Assembly: GCF_029227855.1 (NCBI RefSeq)
Contig: NZ_CP074356.1
Strand: one strand, 5' to 3'
Source: Escherichia coli
Lineage (GTDB): Bacteria > Pseudomonadota > Gammaproteobacteria > Enterobacterales > Enterobacteriaceae
DNA length: 64,000 nt
Part shown: piece after piece, positions 1 to 14,472 of the stretch
Numbering within the stretch: position 1 is the first letter of the stretch
Layout: each line of letters starts with the position of its first letter
Made by a program: the position numbers and the translations under genes
The notes under the pieces: generated by a model
Told to the model about the DNA's origin: nothing
The model's database searches: none
The model's input: the letters and a program-made list of their open reading frames with translations, nothing else

Positions 1-503
<503 letters not shown>

Positions 504-527
504 TAACGCTACGCCTGTAAAGCGCAC

Positions 528-590
528 TGGCAGTTCCCTCTCCCCTCTGGGGAGAGGATTAGGGTGAGGGGCGCAAACCCGCTCCGGGGC
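528..590. repeat. GC-rich palindromic intergenic element (REP/BoxC-like) between glnH and glnP
   Basis: Inverted repeat cctctcccctctggggagagg followed by gggtgaggggcgc...gctccggggcc; resembles E. coli intergenic repeat families but the family was not assigned. Confidence 0.35.
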
Positions 591-641
591 CATTAATTAC
601 CCTGAATTTGATTATTTACACCACGGTAACAGGAACAACAT

Positions 642-1301
642 ATGCAGTTTGACTGGAGTGCCATCTGGCCTGCCATTCCGCTTCTGATTGAAGGTGCCAA
701 AATGACCCTGTGGATTTCGGTCCTCGGTCTGGCTGGCGGCCTGGTGATCGGATTGCTGGCAGGTTTTGCACGCACCTTCGGTGGTTGGATAGCCAACCAC
801 GTCGCGCTGGTCTTTATTGAAGTGATCCGCGGCACACCTATCGTCGTCCAGGTGATGTTTATCTACTTTGCCCTGCCGATGGCGTTTAACGACTTACGCA
901 TCGACCCGTTTACTGCGGCGGTGGTCACCATCATGATCAACTCCGGCGCGTACATTGCAGAAATCACGCGTGGTGCGGTGCTGTCTATTCACAAAGGTTT
1001 TCGTGAAGCAGGACTGGCGCTCGGTCTTTCACGTTGGGAAACCATTCGCTACGTCATTTTACCGCTGGCACTGCGTCGTATGCTGCCGCCGCTGGGTAAC
1101 CAGTGGATCATCAGCATTAAAGACACCTCGCTGTTTATTGTTATCGGCGTGGCGGAACTGACCCGTCAGGGGCAAGAAATTATTGCCGGTAACTTCCGCG
1201 CCCTTGAGATCTGGAGCGCCGTGGCGGTGTTCTATCTGATTATTACCCTGGTGCTGAGCTTTATTCTGCGTCGTCTGGAAAGAAGGATGAAAATCCTGTG
1301 A
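642..1301 (+). CDS. glnP: Glutamine ABC transporter permease
   Basis: 219-aa ORF, polytopic membrane protein with an ABC permease signature, length equals GlnP; sits between glnH and glnQ. Confidence 0.93.
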
Positions 1302-2020
1302 TTGAATTTAAAAACGTCTCCAAGCATTTTGGTCCAACCCAGGTGCTGCACAATATCGATTTGAACATTGCTCAGGGCGAAGTCGTGGTGATTATCGGGC
1401 CGTCCGGTTCCGGTAAATCGACCCTGCTGCGCTGCATCAACAAACTGGAAGAAATCACCTCCGGCGATCTGATTGTCGATGGCTTGAAGGTTAACGATCC
1501 GAAAGTTGACGAGCGCCTGATTCGCCAGGAAGCGGGTATGGTGTTCCAGCAGTTTTACCTTTTCCCGCATCTGACGGCTTTGGAAAATGTGATGTTTGGT
1601 CCGCTACGCGTGCGTGGCGCGAACAAAGAAGAGGCGGAAAAACTGGCACGTGAGCTGCTGGCGAAAGTCGGTCTGGCAGAACGTGCACATCACTACCCTT
1701 CCGAACTTTCTGGTGGTCAACAGCAGCGTGTGGCCATCGCCCGCGCGCTGGCGGTGAAGCCGAAAATGATGTTGTTTGATGAACCGACTTCCGCTCTTGA
1801 CCCGGAACTGCGCCATGAAGTGCTGAAGGTTATGCAGGATCTGGCTGAAGAAGGGATGACGATGGTGATCGTGACCCACGAAATCGGTTTTGCCGAGAAA
1901 GTAGCTTCGCGCCTGATCTTTATCGACAAAGGCCGGATTGCGGAAGATGGCGATCCGCAGGTGTTGATCAAGAACCCACCGAGCCAGCGCTTGCAGGAAT
2001 TTTTGCAGCACGTCTCTTAA
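1298..2020 (+). CDS. glnQ: Glutamine ABC transporter ATP-binding protein (GTG start overlapping the glnP stop)
   Basis: 240-aa ORF starting [22 protein letters not shown] with Walker [10 protein letters not shown] and ABC signature LSGGQQQRV; matches GlnQ. Confidence 0.95.
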
Positions 2021-2027
2021 CTTCTCA

Positions 2028-2053
2028 GCCTCCCTTTCCCCCGAAAGGGAGGC
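2028..2053 (+). terminator. Stem-loop downstream of glnQ (gcctcccttt-cccccgaaa-gggaggc)
   Basis: Perfect inverted repeat immediately after the glnQ stop; no strong T-tract, so terminator function is uncertain. Confidence 0.3.
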
Positions 2054-2136
2054 ACACCAGATTCCTCTCATTTAAAATCGCCCCTCCCCCAGCATCTATA
2101 CTTATCTTTTTGCTCTGTTTTCTCACTGGAGGAGTC

Positions 2137-4362
2137 ATGCGGTGGATCCTGTTCATCCTCTTCTGCCTGCTGGGCGCACCTGCCCACGCGGTATCCATAC
2201 CCGGCGTTACAACCACAACGACAACGGACTCAACGACTGAACCGGCCCCGGAACCGGATATCGAACAAAAAAAAGCGGCCTATGGCGCACTGGCGGATGT
2301 GCTGGATAATGACACCTCGCGTAAAGAGTTGATCGACCAGTTGCGCACCGTCGCCGCTACGCCCCCTGCGGAACCGGTACCAAAGATCGTGCCGCCGACG
2401 CTGGTTGAAGAGCAAACCGTGCTGCAAAAGGTCACCGAAGTCAGCCGCCATTATGGTGAAGCCCTTTCCGCCCGCTTCGGGCAACTTTATCGCAATATCA
2501 CCGGCTCCCCGCATAAGCCGTTTAATCCACAAACCTTCAGCAATGCGCTGACCCATTTTTCAATGTTAGCGGTATTAGTGTTTGGTTTTTACTGGCTGAT
2601 TCGCCTGTGCGCACTTCCGCTGTATCGCAAAATGGGCCAGTGGGCGCGGCAAAAAAATCGTGAGCGCAGTAACTGGCTGCAGCTTCCGGCGATGATTATC
2701 GGGGCGTTTATTATCGACCTGCTGTTACTGGCACTGACATTATTTGTCGGTCAGGTTTTAAGCGACAACCTGAATGCGGGCAGTCGCACCATCGCTTTCC
2801 AACAAAGTTTGTTTCTCAACGCCTTTGCCCTGATTGAATTTTTCAAAGCTGTACTACGCCTGATTTTTTGCCCAAACGTGGCGGAACTGCGCCCGTTCAC
2901 GATTCATGACGAGACCGCCCGTTACTGGAGCCGTCGCCTGAGCTGGTTAAGCAGCCTGATTGGCTATGGCCTGATTGTCGCCGTGCCGATTATCTCTAAT
3001 CAGGTGAATGTACAGATAGGTGCGCTGGCGAACGTCATCATTATGCTGTGCATGACCGTCTGGGCGTTGTACCTGATCTTTCGTAATAAAAAAGAGATTA
3101 CCCAGCATTTGCTCAACTTCGCGGAGCATTCGCTGGCCTTTTTCAGCCTGTTTATCCGCGCCTTTGCGCTGGTGTGGCACTGGCTGGCAAGTGCCTATTT
3201 TATCGTGCTGTTTTTCTTTTCGTTGTTCGATCCGGGCAACAGCCTGAAATTTATGATGGGTGCAACGGTGCGCAGCCTGGCGATTATTGGTATCGCAGCA
3301 TTTGTTTCCGGTATGTTTTCCCGCTGGCTGGCGAAAACCATCACCCTCTCGCCACATACTCAGCGTAACTATCCGGAGCTGCAAAAACGGTTGAATGGCT
3401 GGCTGTCGGCGGCGCTGAAAACGGCGCGTATTCTGACAGTCTGCGTGGCGGTAATGCTGCTGTTGAGCGCATGGGGATTGTTCGATTTCTGGAACTGGCT
3501 GCAAAACGGTGCGGGGCAGAAAACCGTAGATATCCTGATCCGTATCGCACTCATTCTTTTCTTCTCGGCGGTTGGCTGGACAGTGCTCGCCAGTTTGATC
3601 GAAAACCGGCTGGCTTCGGATATTCATGGCCGCCCGCTACCCAGCGCCCGTACGCGTACCCTGCTGACGCTGTTTCGTAACGCGCTGGCGGTGATTATCA
3701 GTACCATCACCATCATGATTGTGTTGTCGGAAATCGGCGTTAATATCGCGCCATTGCTGGCAGGTGCCGGGGCATTAGGTCTGGCTATCTCTTTTGGTTC
3801 GCAAACGCTGGTGAAAGATATTATCACCGGGGTATTTATTCAGTTTGAAAACGGCATGAACACTGGAGATTTGGTTACTATCGGGCCGTTGACCGGTACT
3901 GTGGAACGGATGTCGATTCGCTCCGTGGGCGTGCGTCAGGATACCGGGGCGTATCACATCATTCCGTGGTCTTCGATAACTACCTTTGCTAACTTCGTCC
4001 GCGGCATTGGTTCGGTGGTGGCAAATTACGATGTTGATCGCCATGAAGATGCTGATAAAGCCAATCAGGCACTGAAAGATGCGGTAGCTGAATTGATGGA
4101 AAACGAAGAAATTCGCGGGTTGATTATCGGTGAACCGAACTTTGCCGGGATTGTCGGCTTAAGCAATACCGCATTTACACTGCGTGTTTCGTTCACCACG
4201 CTGCCACTCAAACAGTGGACGGTCCGCTTTGCCCTCGACAGCCAGGTGAAAAAACATTTCGACCTGGCGGGTGTTCGCGCGCCTGTACAGACTTATCAGG
4301 TGCTGCCTGCTCGGGGCGCGGCCCCGGCTGAACCGCTGCCGCCGGGGGAGCCAACGCTTTAA
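2137..4362 (+). CDS. ybiO: MscS-family mechanosensitive channel
   Basis: 750-aa ORF; internal ATG at 2137 preceded by GGAGGA gives the 741-aa YbiO ([18 protein letters not shown] signal-like N-terminus); conserved MscS core in the C-terminal part. Confidence 0.9.
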
Positions 4363-5285
4363 CGCTGGCGATTGACAAAACGGCGGCGCTGCTCGTCGTT
4401 CATAAAGGTCCAGGCAATAAAGCGGCTCTGCTTTTGCCCCTGGGCCATCTCTTTTTTGACCACTTTCACCGCGCCCACGTCCGTCAGAGCACGATACAAC
4501 GGCGGCAAGTTTTCGCCACGAGATACCAGCGAGGTAAACCACATCACCTGCTTCGCGAAGCCTTTGCTCTCTTCAATCATCTTTTTGATAAAAGCGACTT
4601 CACCGCCTTCACACCACAACTCCTGTTGCTGACCACCAAAGTTCAGTGCATCGTCTTTGTTCAGCCCCAGGTTACGGCGTTTACGTTCACTACCTGCCCG
4701 TGCCGCAGCGGCGGAATCGTGGAATGGCGGGTTACACAAGGTCGCGTCGTATTGCTCGTTTTTATGGATGATGCCGTTAAAAATCGCCCCACTCTCTTTT
4801 TGCCGACGCAGACGAATGGCGCGGTTAAGCCCCGGATTAGCACTGATGATCGCCTGCGCACTGCTTAACGCCTGGCTGCTGGTTTCACTACCAGTAAAAC
4901 GCCAGCCATATTCATGTACACCAATCAGCGGGTAAATACAGTTCGCACCAACGCCGATATCCAGAATGCTGGCATTAGCTGGAATTGTTCCGCTTGCTTC
5001 TGCCAGTAAATCGGCAAGGTGATGAATATAATCCGCCCGGCCCGGTACTGGCGGGCAGAGAAAACCGTCGGGGATATCCCAGTTCGCTACGGCGTAAAAA
5101 TGGGCCAGCAACGCCTTATTGAGCGCCTTCACCGCCAGCGGATTGGCAAAGTCTACGCTTTGCTCCCCGGCGGGTGTAAGCGTGAGGAATTGCCTGAGTT
5201 CAGGATTGACCTGACAAAGCGTGGCGAGATCGTAGCGGCTGTGATGACGGTTGCGCGGATGCAACCCCGGTTTCTGGGCGGACAT
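4359..5285 (-). CDS. rlmF: 23S rRNA m6A1618 methyltransferase
   Basis: 308-aa ORF matching RlmF (YbiN) in length and sequence; converges on ybiO with a 4-nt overlap. Confidence 0.9.
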
Positions 5286-5560
5286 AGCATTCTCCTTTAA
5301 GCAGCGGCGTAAGATACCCGCATAACGCGACAGGGTAAATATCTGGCTGCGTTTATCATTTCTAAAAACCTTAACATGGCTATGGTTTATGGCAATTCAT
5401 CATAAAAATCAGCATCATGCATGTCATTGATTTGTCTTATTTTGTAAAAATATATCGTTCAAAAAATAAGCGTATCTCTGTCAATTTTTTGCGTCATTTT
5501 CATCGCCCAGGCGACCTACACTTATCAGGCACTACCCGTTGTATTTATGAGGATGTCATT

Positions 5561-5821
5561 ATGAAAAAGTGCCTCACACTACTGATTGCCACCGTCCTGA
5601 GCGGAATCTCTCTCACGGCTTATGCCGCGCAACCAATGAGTAACCTGGACAGCGGTCAGCTACGGCCCGCCGGTACCGTTTCGGCAACTGGCGCATCAAA
5701 CCTAAGCGATCTGGAGGATAAACTGGCAGAAAAAGCGCGCGAGCAAGGCGCGAAAGGTTATGTCATTAATTCCGCAGGCGGAAATGACCAGATGTTCGGT
5801 ACTGCAACCATCTACAAATAA
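5561..5821 (+). CDS. mcbA: Small secreted DUF1471/YhcN-family protein (colanic acid/biofilm regulator McbA)
   Basis: Internal ATG at 5561 with GAGGA RBS gives 86 aa (MKKCLTLLIATVLSGISLTAYA signal peptide, C-terminal GTATIYK); paralogous to ybiJ in this window. Confidence 0.85.
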   Translation: MKKCLTLLIATVLSGISLTAYAAQPMSNLDSGQLRPAGTVSATGASNLSDLEDKLAEKAREQGAKGYVINSAGGNDQMFGTATIYK

Positions 5822-5835
5822 CCCCACCAACGTAA

Positions 5836-5861
5836 CTGCATTCGCCTCTGGATGCAGTTTT
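5836..5861 (+). terminator. Intrinsic terminator-like hairpin after mcbA
   Basis: ctgcat-N10-atgcag stem followed by TTTT. Confidence 0.4.
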
Positions 5862-5955
5862 CGCCTGTTTTGTAATCAAAAAACATCAAATATGAACGTA
5901 ATGTAAATAAATGTATTTCTTTTTCGCACAATGGGTGATAGAAAATCGCGCCAAG

Positions 5956-5983
5956 TGATAATGCTTATCAAAATTATTATCAC
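5956..5983. promoter_or_regulatory. Fur box candidate in the fiu promoter
   Basis: gataatgcttatcaaaattattatcac resembles the Fur consensus GATAATGATAATCATTATC; fiu is a known Fur-regulated siderophore receptor gene. Confidence 0.5.
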
Positions 5984-6085
5984 TTGCACGAGCACTATCA
6001 CGAGATTAACAGTGGCATCGCATCCGCAGAGAGGCTTTCTCGTGGCAGTGAAAATTTCAACATATAAGAAAAAGTCACCTGCAAA

Positions 6086-8368
6086 ATGGAAAACAATCGC
6101 AATTTCCCTGCCAGACAATTTCATTCGCTCACGTTCTTTGCCGGTCTTTGTATTGGCATCACGCCTGTGGCTCAGGCACTCGCCGCCGAAGGGCAAACTA
6201 ACGCGGATGACACGCTGGTTGTCGAAGCATCAACGCCTTCGCTTTATGCGCCACAACAATCTGCAGATCCGAAATTCTCGCGTCCGGTAGCGGATACTAC
6301 CCGCACGATGACGGTGATTTCTGAACAAGTGATTAAAGATCAGGGCGCAACCAACCTTACCGACGCACTCAAAAACGTCCCCGGCGTGGGTGCGTTTTTT
6401 GCGGGTGAGAACGGTAACTCCACCACTGGCGACGCCATTTATATGCGCGGTGCTGATACCTCTAACAGTATTTATATTGATGGCATTCGCGATATCGGCA
6501 GCGTCTCGCGCGACACCTTCAATACCGAGCAGGTCGAAGTGATTAAAGGGCCGTCCGGCACCGACTACGGGCGCAGCGCACCGACAGGCTCGATCAATAT
6601 GATCAGCAAGCAGCCGCGCAATGATTCCGGCATTGACGCCTCCGCCAGTATTGGTAGCGCCTGGTTCCGCCGCGGCACGCTGGACGTCAATCAGGTCATT
6701 GGTGATACCACCGCGGCGCGCCTGAATGTGATGGGCGAAAAAACGCACGATGCCGGACGCGACAAAGTCAAAAATGAGCGTTACGGCATCGCCCCTTCTG
6801 TCGCTTTTGGCCTTGGTACAGCGAATCGTTTGTATCTTAATTATCTGCATGTCACCCAGCACAACACGCCAGACGGCGGCATTCCGACCATCGGTTTGCC
6901 GGGCTATTCTGCCCCATCTGCGGGAACGGCGGCCCTGAATCATTCCGGAAAAGTTGATACGCATAACTTTTACGGCACGGATTCCGATTACGACGATTCG
7001 ACCACCGACACCGCTACCATGCGTTTTGAGCACGACATCAACGATAACACCACCATTCGCAATACTACCCGTTGGTCGCGCGTGAAGCAGGATTACCTGA
7101 TGACGGCGATTATGGGTGGGGCGTCGAATATTACCCAGCCCACCAGCGATGTGAATAGCTGGACCTGGTCACGCACGGCGAATACTAAAGATGTGAGTAA
7201 TAAAATTCTCACCAACCAGACCAACCTGACCTCGACGTTCTATACCGCTTCTATCGGTCATGATGTCAGTACCGGCGTGGAATTTACCCGTGAAACGCAG
7301 ACTAACTACGGCGTTAATCCGGTGACGTTACCTGCGGTAAATATTTATCATCCTGACAGCAGCATTCATCCCGGCGGCCTGACGCGCAACGGCGCAAACG
7401 CCAATGGTCAGACGGATACCTTCGCAATTTACGCCTTCGATACGCTGCAAATCACCCGTGATTTTGAGCTGAACGGCGGGATCCGTCTGGATAATTATCA
7501 TACTGAATATGACAGTGCCACCGCCTGCGGCGGCAGCGGACGCGGTGCCATCACCTGCCCAGCTGGTGTGGCAAAAGGTTCTCCGGTCACCACCGTCGAC
7601 ACCGCCAAGTCGGGCAATCTGGTGAACTGGAAAGCCGGGGCGCTGTATCACCTGACGGAAAACGGTAATGTCTATATTAACTATGCCGTTTCCCAGCAGC
7701 CTCCGGGCGGCAACAACTTCGCCCTTGCGCAGTCTGGCAGCGGTAACAGTGCCAACCGCACCGATTTTAAACCGCAAAAAGCCAACACCAGCGAGATTGG
7801 CACCAAATGGCAGGTTCTGGATAAACGCCTGTTGCTCACCGCCGCGCTGTTCCGTACTGATATCGAAAATGAAGTTGAGCAAAATGATGACGGAACTTAC
7901 TCGCAATACGGTAAGAAACGTGTCGAAGGCTATGAGATATCCGTGGCCGGGAATATCACTCCCGCGTGGCAGGTGATTGGCGGCTATACCCAGCAAAAAG
8001 CAACCATCAAAAACGGCAAAGATGTTGCCCAGGATGGTTCCTCATCGCTGCCGTATACCCCGGAGCACGCCTTCACCTTATGGAGCCAGTATCAGGCAAC
8101 CGATGATATCTCTGTTGGCGCGGGCGCACGCTATATCGGCAGTATGCATAAAGGTTCAGACGGCGCGGTGGGAACGCCAGCGTTTACCGAAGGTTACTGG
8201 GTCGCCGATGCCAAACTGGGGTATCGAGTTAATCGCAATCTCGACTTCCAGCTAAACGTTTACAACCTGTTTGGTACCGATTACGTCGCCTCAATCAACA
8301 AGAGCGGCTACCGTTATCACCCGGGCGAGCCAAGAACCTTCTTGCTCACAGCCAATATGCATTTCTGA
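6086..8368 (+). CDS. fiu: TonB-dependent catecholate siderophore outer-membrane receptor
   Basis: 760-aa ORF with signal peptide, plug and beta-barrel regions and terminal aromatic residue (…NMHF); length and sequence match Fiu. Confidence 0.93.
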
Positions 8369-8409
8369 TTCAGATGTGGGGCGCAGGCCCCACTTTTTGG
8401 AGAAATTGT

Positions 8410-9087
8410 ATGATGTACCACATTCCCGGCGTGTTATCGCCACAGGACGTCGCTCGTTTTCGCGAACAACTGGAACAAGCCGAATGGGTGGATGGACGCG
8501 TCACCACCGGCGCACAAGGTGCGCAAGTTAAGAACAATCAACAGGTCGACACCCGCAGCACGTTATACGCCGCCCTGCAAAATGAGGTGCTGAACGCGGT
8601 TAACCAACATGCTTTATTCTTTGCCGCGGCCTTGCCGCGTACCCTTTCCACGCCGCTGTTTAATCGCTATCAGAACAATGAAACCTATGGTTTCCATGTG
8701 GATGGCGCAGTACGCAGCCATCCACAAAACGGCTGGATGCGTACTGACCTTTCTGCCACGCTGTTTTTAAGCGATCCACAAAGCTACGACGGCGGCGAAC
8801 TGGTCGTTAATGACACCTTCGGACAACATCGGGTAAAACTCCCGGCAGGCGATCTCGTGTTGTATCCCTCCAGCAGCCTGCATTGCGTGACACCCGTAAC
8901 CCGCGGCGTACGAGTGGCATCATTTATGTGGATCCAGTCGATGATCCGTGATGATAAAAAGCGCGCCATGCTGTTTGAACTGGACAACAATATTCAGTCG
9001 CTGAAAAGCCGCTACGGCGAAAGTGAAGAGATCCTGTCGCTGCTCAATCTTTATCATAATCTGCTGCGGGAATGGTCGGAGATCTGA
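8410..9087 (+). CDS. ybiX: PKHD-type Fe(II)/2-oxoglutarate-dependent hydroxylase
   Basis: Internal ATG at 8410 preceded by GGAG gives 225 aa starting [10 protein letters not shown]; immediately downstream of fiu (fiu-ybiX operon). Confidence 0.88.
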
Positions 9088-9160
9088 CGCTTGAACTGCC
9101 CGAGTTCGTCCCTATATTAGCTACACTTAACTGTACAAGTATTGATATGGGGAGGACGAT

Positions 9161-9427
9161 ATGGCATCCGGTTGGGCAAACGATGACGCCGTCAACGAAC
9201 AGATCAACAGTACAATTGAAGATGCGATTGCCCGCGCTCGGGGTGAAATTCCGCGTGGCGAAAGCCTGTATGAATGTGAAGAGTGCGGTGCCCCTATCCC
9301 GCAGGCCCGTCGGGAAGCCATTCCTGGCGTGCGCTTATGCATTCATTGTCAGCAGGAGAAAGATTTACAAAAAACAGCTTATACAGGATATAATCGCAGA
9401 GGTTCGAAAGACAGCCAGTTACGTTAA
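9161..9427 (+). CDS. ybiI: DksA/TraR-family C4-type zinc-finger protein
   Basis: 88-aa ORF with CxxC…CxxC motif (CEECGAPIPQARREAIPGVRLCIHCQ); length matches YbiI. Confidence 0.88.
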   Translation: MASGWANDDAVNEQINSTIEDAIARARGEIPRGESLYECEECGAPIPQARREAIPGVRLCIHCQQEKDLQKTAYTGYNRRGSKDSQLR

Positions 9428-9691
9428 CTACAACTGACAGGATGTATAGCGAGTATAATTTGCACTTTGCGTGGCATTCCGTGCCTTTAACGCTGTCGTG
9501 ACTGCCACACTGCATAAAACAAGTCCATAAGTTCAACAAATAAATGGATTATCAGTATGTTAGATATCAATCAATTTATTTGAACAAGGCGGTCAATTCT
9601 CTTCGATTTTATCTCTCGTAAAAAAACGTGATACTCATCACATCGACGAAACAACGTCACTTATACAAAAATCACCTGCGAGAGATTAATT

Positions 9692-9952
9692 ATGAAAACT
9701 ATCAATACTGTTGTTGCTGCTATGGCTCTTTCAACTCTGTCATTTGGCGTGTTTGCCGCGGAACCGGTAACGGCATCCCAGGCACAGAACATGAATAAAA
9801 TCGGCGTGGTTTCTGCCGATAGCGCATCCACCCTCGATGCCCTGGAAGCGAAACTGGCTGAGAAAGCTGCGGCAGCTGGGGCGAGTGGATACAGCATCAC
9901 TTCTGCCACCAACAACAATAAATTAAGCGGTACTGCGGTAATTTATAAGTAA
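9692..9952 (+). CDS. ybiJ: Small secreted DUF1471/YhcN-family protein
   Basis: 86 aa with signal peptide and C-terminal GTAVIYK; paralog of mcbA. Confidence 0.88.
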   Translation: MKTINTVVAAMALSTLSFGVFAAEPVTASQAQNMNKIGVVSADSASTLDALEAKLAEKAAAAGASGYSITSATNNNKLSGTAVIYK

Positions 9953-10062
9953 TTCGTAAGCCGGATCAGGCGTTTACGCTACGTCCAGCACAAGTATTTC
10001 CCTGTCTGTTTGCCGACAGACGCATATGCTCTAACCCTCATTGATCCTATGTTACCCTTGTT

Positions 10063-10091
10063 TGCCCGTCCGCCACTGGACGGGCTTTTTT

Positions 10092-10093
<2 letters not shown>
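10063..10093 (+). terminator. Intrinsic terminator after ybiJ
   Basis: gcccgtcc-gccactg-gacgggc hairpin followed by a run of eight or more T. Confidence 0.6.
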
Positions 10094-11231
<1,138 letters not shown>

Positions 11232-11232
11232 T

Positions 11233-11311
<79 letters not shown>

Positions 11312-11317
11312 AAAGAA

Positions 11318-12280
<963 letters not shown>

Positions 12281-12307
12281 TTACGACTCCTTACCTGACT
12301 CACATCA

Positions 12308-14458
12308 TTAACGCCGCCGACGGCGTGGGGATTTCGTTTTTTCTTTCTTTTTAACTATACCTTCAGGGACTTCCGGTTGCTCTATCGGAAATACCGGTAA
12401 TGCATCCAGTAGCCGCTTGCCGTAGTTTTTGGTGAGCAAGCGTTTATCGTAAATCACCACTTCGCCCCAGCAACCGTGGCTTCGAATCAGTCGCCCAACC
12501 TGCTGAATCAGGTTAAACGAGGCGCTCGGCAGGCTTTGCACCTCAAACGGATAGCGGTTGAGGCTTTTCAGCCATTCCCCTTCGGTGATCACCACCGGGC
12601 TGTCGATGGGCGGAAAAGCGATTTTGTGGATATGCACCTGGCTGAGCAGATCACCTTTCAAATCAAGCCCTTCGGCAAATGACTGTAAGCCCACCAGCAC
12701 GCTGCGCTCACCGTTGGCGACGCGTTTGCGGTGCAGTTCAACTAAACGGTAACGCGGCTGATCGCCCTGCACCAGCAACATCAGACGTAAATCCGTCACA
12801 TAATCGAGAAAGCGCTGCATCGCCCGTCCGCTGGCAAACAGTACCAACATACCGAGATGTTTTTTGCTCTCCACCTGCTCACGGAAAAAGGCCGCCATTT
12901 CGGCAATATGCTGCTCTTCGTTGTCGAGGGAAGGCTCAACGCGCATCCGGGGAATAACAATTTTGCCCTGTTCGCAGTGGTTGAAGGGGGAATCCAGCGC
13001 CACAAAACGGTCGCCCGCTTTCTCTTTCAGACCACTCATCTCCTGCAAACGCGAAAAACTATTCAGCGAACGCAAGGTTGCGGAGGTGACAATAATGTGC
13101 GGAATACTGCGCCACAGCAGCCTTTCCAGCTGATCGCTGACACGTATCCCCACGCAGTGAAACCAGAGATGCAGTTGCCCTTCGCGCTCTTCCCGCGTCG
13201 CCCATTTGGTCACCGGCGCACCGGAAGATTGCGCCAGAGACGCCAGCCGCCAGAGTTTGCTTTGCGCCTCGAACATCCCCAACGCGCGGTTCATCTGCAA
13301 AATCAACCGATGCAGGCGTACAATGTCATGGCTGCCGGTTTTCTCACTTAAATCGTTAAGAAATAACTCCGCCAGACCACGCAGCATCTCGGTGAGTTTT
13401 GCCAGCCGCTGGCAGATCTCCAGCACTTCATCAGGCAGTTCGCCCATCGCAAAACGGTGCTCTGCCTCCTGCCCGGCAGGCATGTAGAGATTGAGAATGT
13501 TGTTTAACGAGGCGATAAGCTCATACAACTCTTCACAATGCGCATTCAAACGTTCAGGGATCGCCAGCGGTGGGATGGTCTTCGGGCGAAACTGCTCCGT
13601 GCAGGTAGCGACCAGTTTCGTGAACAAGTCCAGCTGTAGCCGATACCACGACGCGGTGATTTCGGCGCTCATCTCCAGCGCATCCCGCGCCACATCTGGC
13701 AGGTGATGACCTTCGTCCAGCACCAGCAGCAGATTTTTCGGGTCAGGCAGTACGGCTTCGCTTTCCATCGCCGCCATCACCAGCGCATGGTTTGCCACCA
13801 CCACTTCCGCTTCCTGAATCTCCCGACGAGCAACAAAAAACGGGCATTCACGATAGTAGTAACAGTTACGGTTGAGGCAGCTGGCTTTGTCGGTACTCAA
13901 ACGACGCCAGAGATCATCATCTATAGCGATATCCGTATGATCGCGCAGACCATCCCATTTATAAGTGTCGAGATCGCCCTTCAACTTTGCACAACGCTTT
14001 TGCTCTTCCTGATTGTTCGGCGTCAGCTCGTCGTCAAGAAACGCCAGCAGATCCTGTTGCGTGGGCTCAGTGCTGGCAAGCGCCGTCAGATTACGCGGGC
14101 AAACGTAGCGCCCACGCCCAAAAGCGGCAGTGAATTTAAGATCGGGAATGATCTTTTTCAGCAGTGGCAAATCTTTGCTGTAGATCTGATCCTGCAATGC
14201 TACGTTGGCGGTACTCACCACCAGCGTTTTTTGCTCTTCGCGGGCAATGGCGATACCGGGGATCAAATAGGAGAGCGTTTTCCCAACGCCGGTGGGGGCT
14301 TCAATCGCCAGATGCCGCCCTTCTTCTCCGGCCAGCGTTTTGGCGACGTCCGCAATCATCTGCCGCTGCGGCGCACGGGGAATAAAGTCGGGGATCTGTT
14401 CCTGAAGCGCCTTATACCAGGCGGCAATTTGCGCTTTAAGCGCGGCGGTTAATGCCAT
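12308..14458 (-). CDS. dinG: ATP-dependent DNA helicase DinG
   Basis: 716-aa ORF with DEAH motif (VLDEGHH) and Walker A (GVGKT); length matches DinG. Confidence 0.95.
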   Translation of the reverse strand: MALTAALKAQIAAWYKALQEQIPDFIPRAPQRQMIADVAKTLAGEEGRHLAIEAPTGVGKTLSYLIPGIAIAREEQKTLVVSTANVALQDQIYSKDLPLLKKIIPDLKFTAAFGRGRYVCPRNLTALASTEPTQQDLLAFLDDELTPNNQEEQKRCAKLKGDLDTYKWDGLRDHTDIAIDDDLWRRLSTDKASCLNRNCYYYRECPFFVARREIQEAEVVVANHALVMAAMESEAVLPDPKNLLLVLDEGHHLPDVARDALEMSAEITASWYRLQLDLFTKLVATCTEQFRPKTIPPLAIPERLNAHCEELYELIASLNNILNLYMPAGQEAEHRFAMGELPDEVLEICQRLAKLTEMLRGLAELFLNDLSEKTGSHDIVRLHRLILQMNRALGMFEAQSKLWRLASLAQSSGAPVTKWATREEREGQLHLWFHCVGIRVSDQLERLLWRSIPHIIVTSATLRSLNSFSRLQEMSGLKEKAGDRFVALDSPFNHCEQGKIVIPRMRVEPSLDNEEQHIAEMAAFFREQVESKKHLGMLVLFASGRAMQRFLDYVTDLRLMLLVQGDQPRYRLVELHRKRVANGERSVLVGLQSFAEGLDLKGDLLSQVHIHKIAFPPIDSPVVITEGEWLKSLNRYPFEVQSLPSASFNLIQQVGRLIRSHGCWGEVVIYDKRLLTKNYGKRLLDALPVFPIEQPEVPEGIVKKKEKTKSPRRRRR

Positions 14459-14472
14459 GAGAAAACCTGAAA

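Noticed and set aside
2110-2136. N-terminal extensions in the ORF track (ybiO here; likewise mcbA, ybiX, cecR, ybhF, ybhL, moaD, moaA, ybhK, bioC, bioA, ybhJ, ybhD, ybhA, modF, galE, gpmA, tnpA)
   Set aside because: The track reports the longest ORF; internal starts were chosen where they restore the remembered protein length and lie behind a Shine-Dalgarno-like sequence. The exact start remains inference without alignment.
6230-7996. Long minus-strand ORFs (267 aa at 6230-7033 and 222 aa at 7328-7996) inside fiu
   Set aside because: Antisense to the fiu reading frame, which is supported end to end by TonB-dependent receptor features; typical of GC-rich antisense frames.
13703-14452. 249-aa plus-strand ORF inside dinG
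   Set aside because: Antisense to dinG; low-complexity Arg/Gln-rich translation; no independent support.
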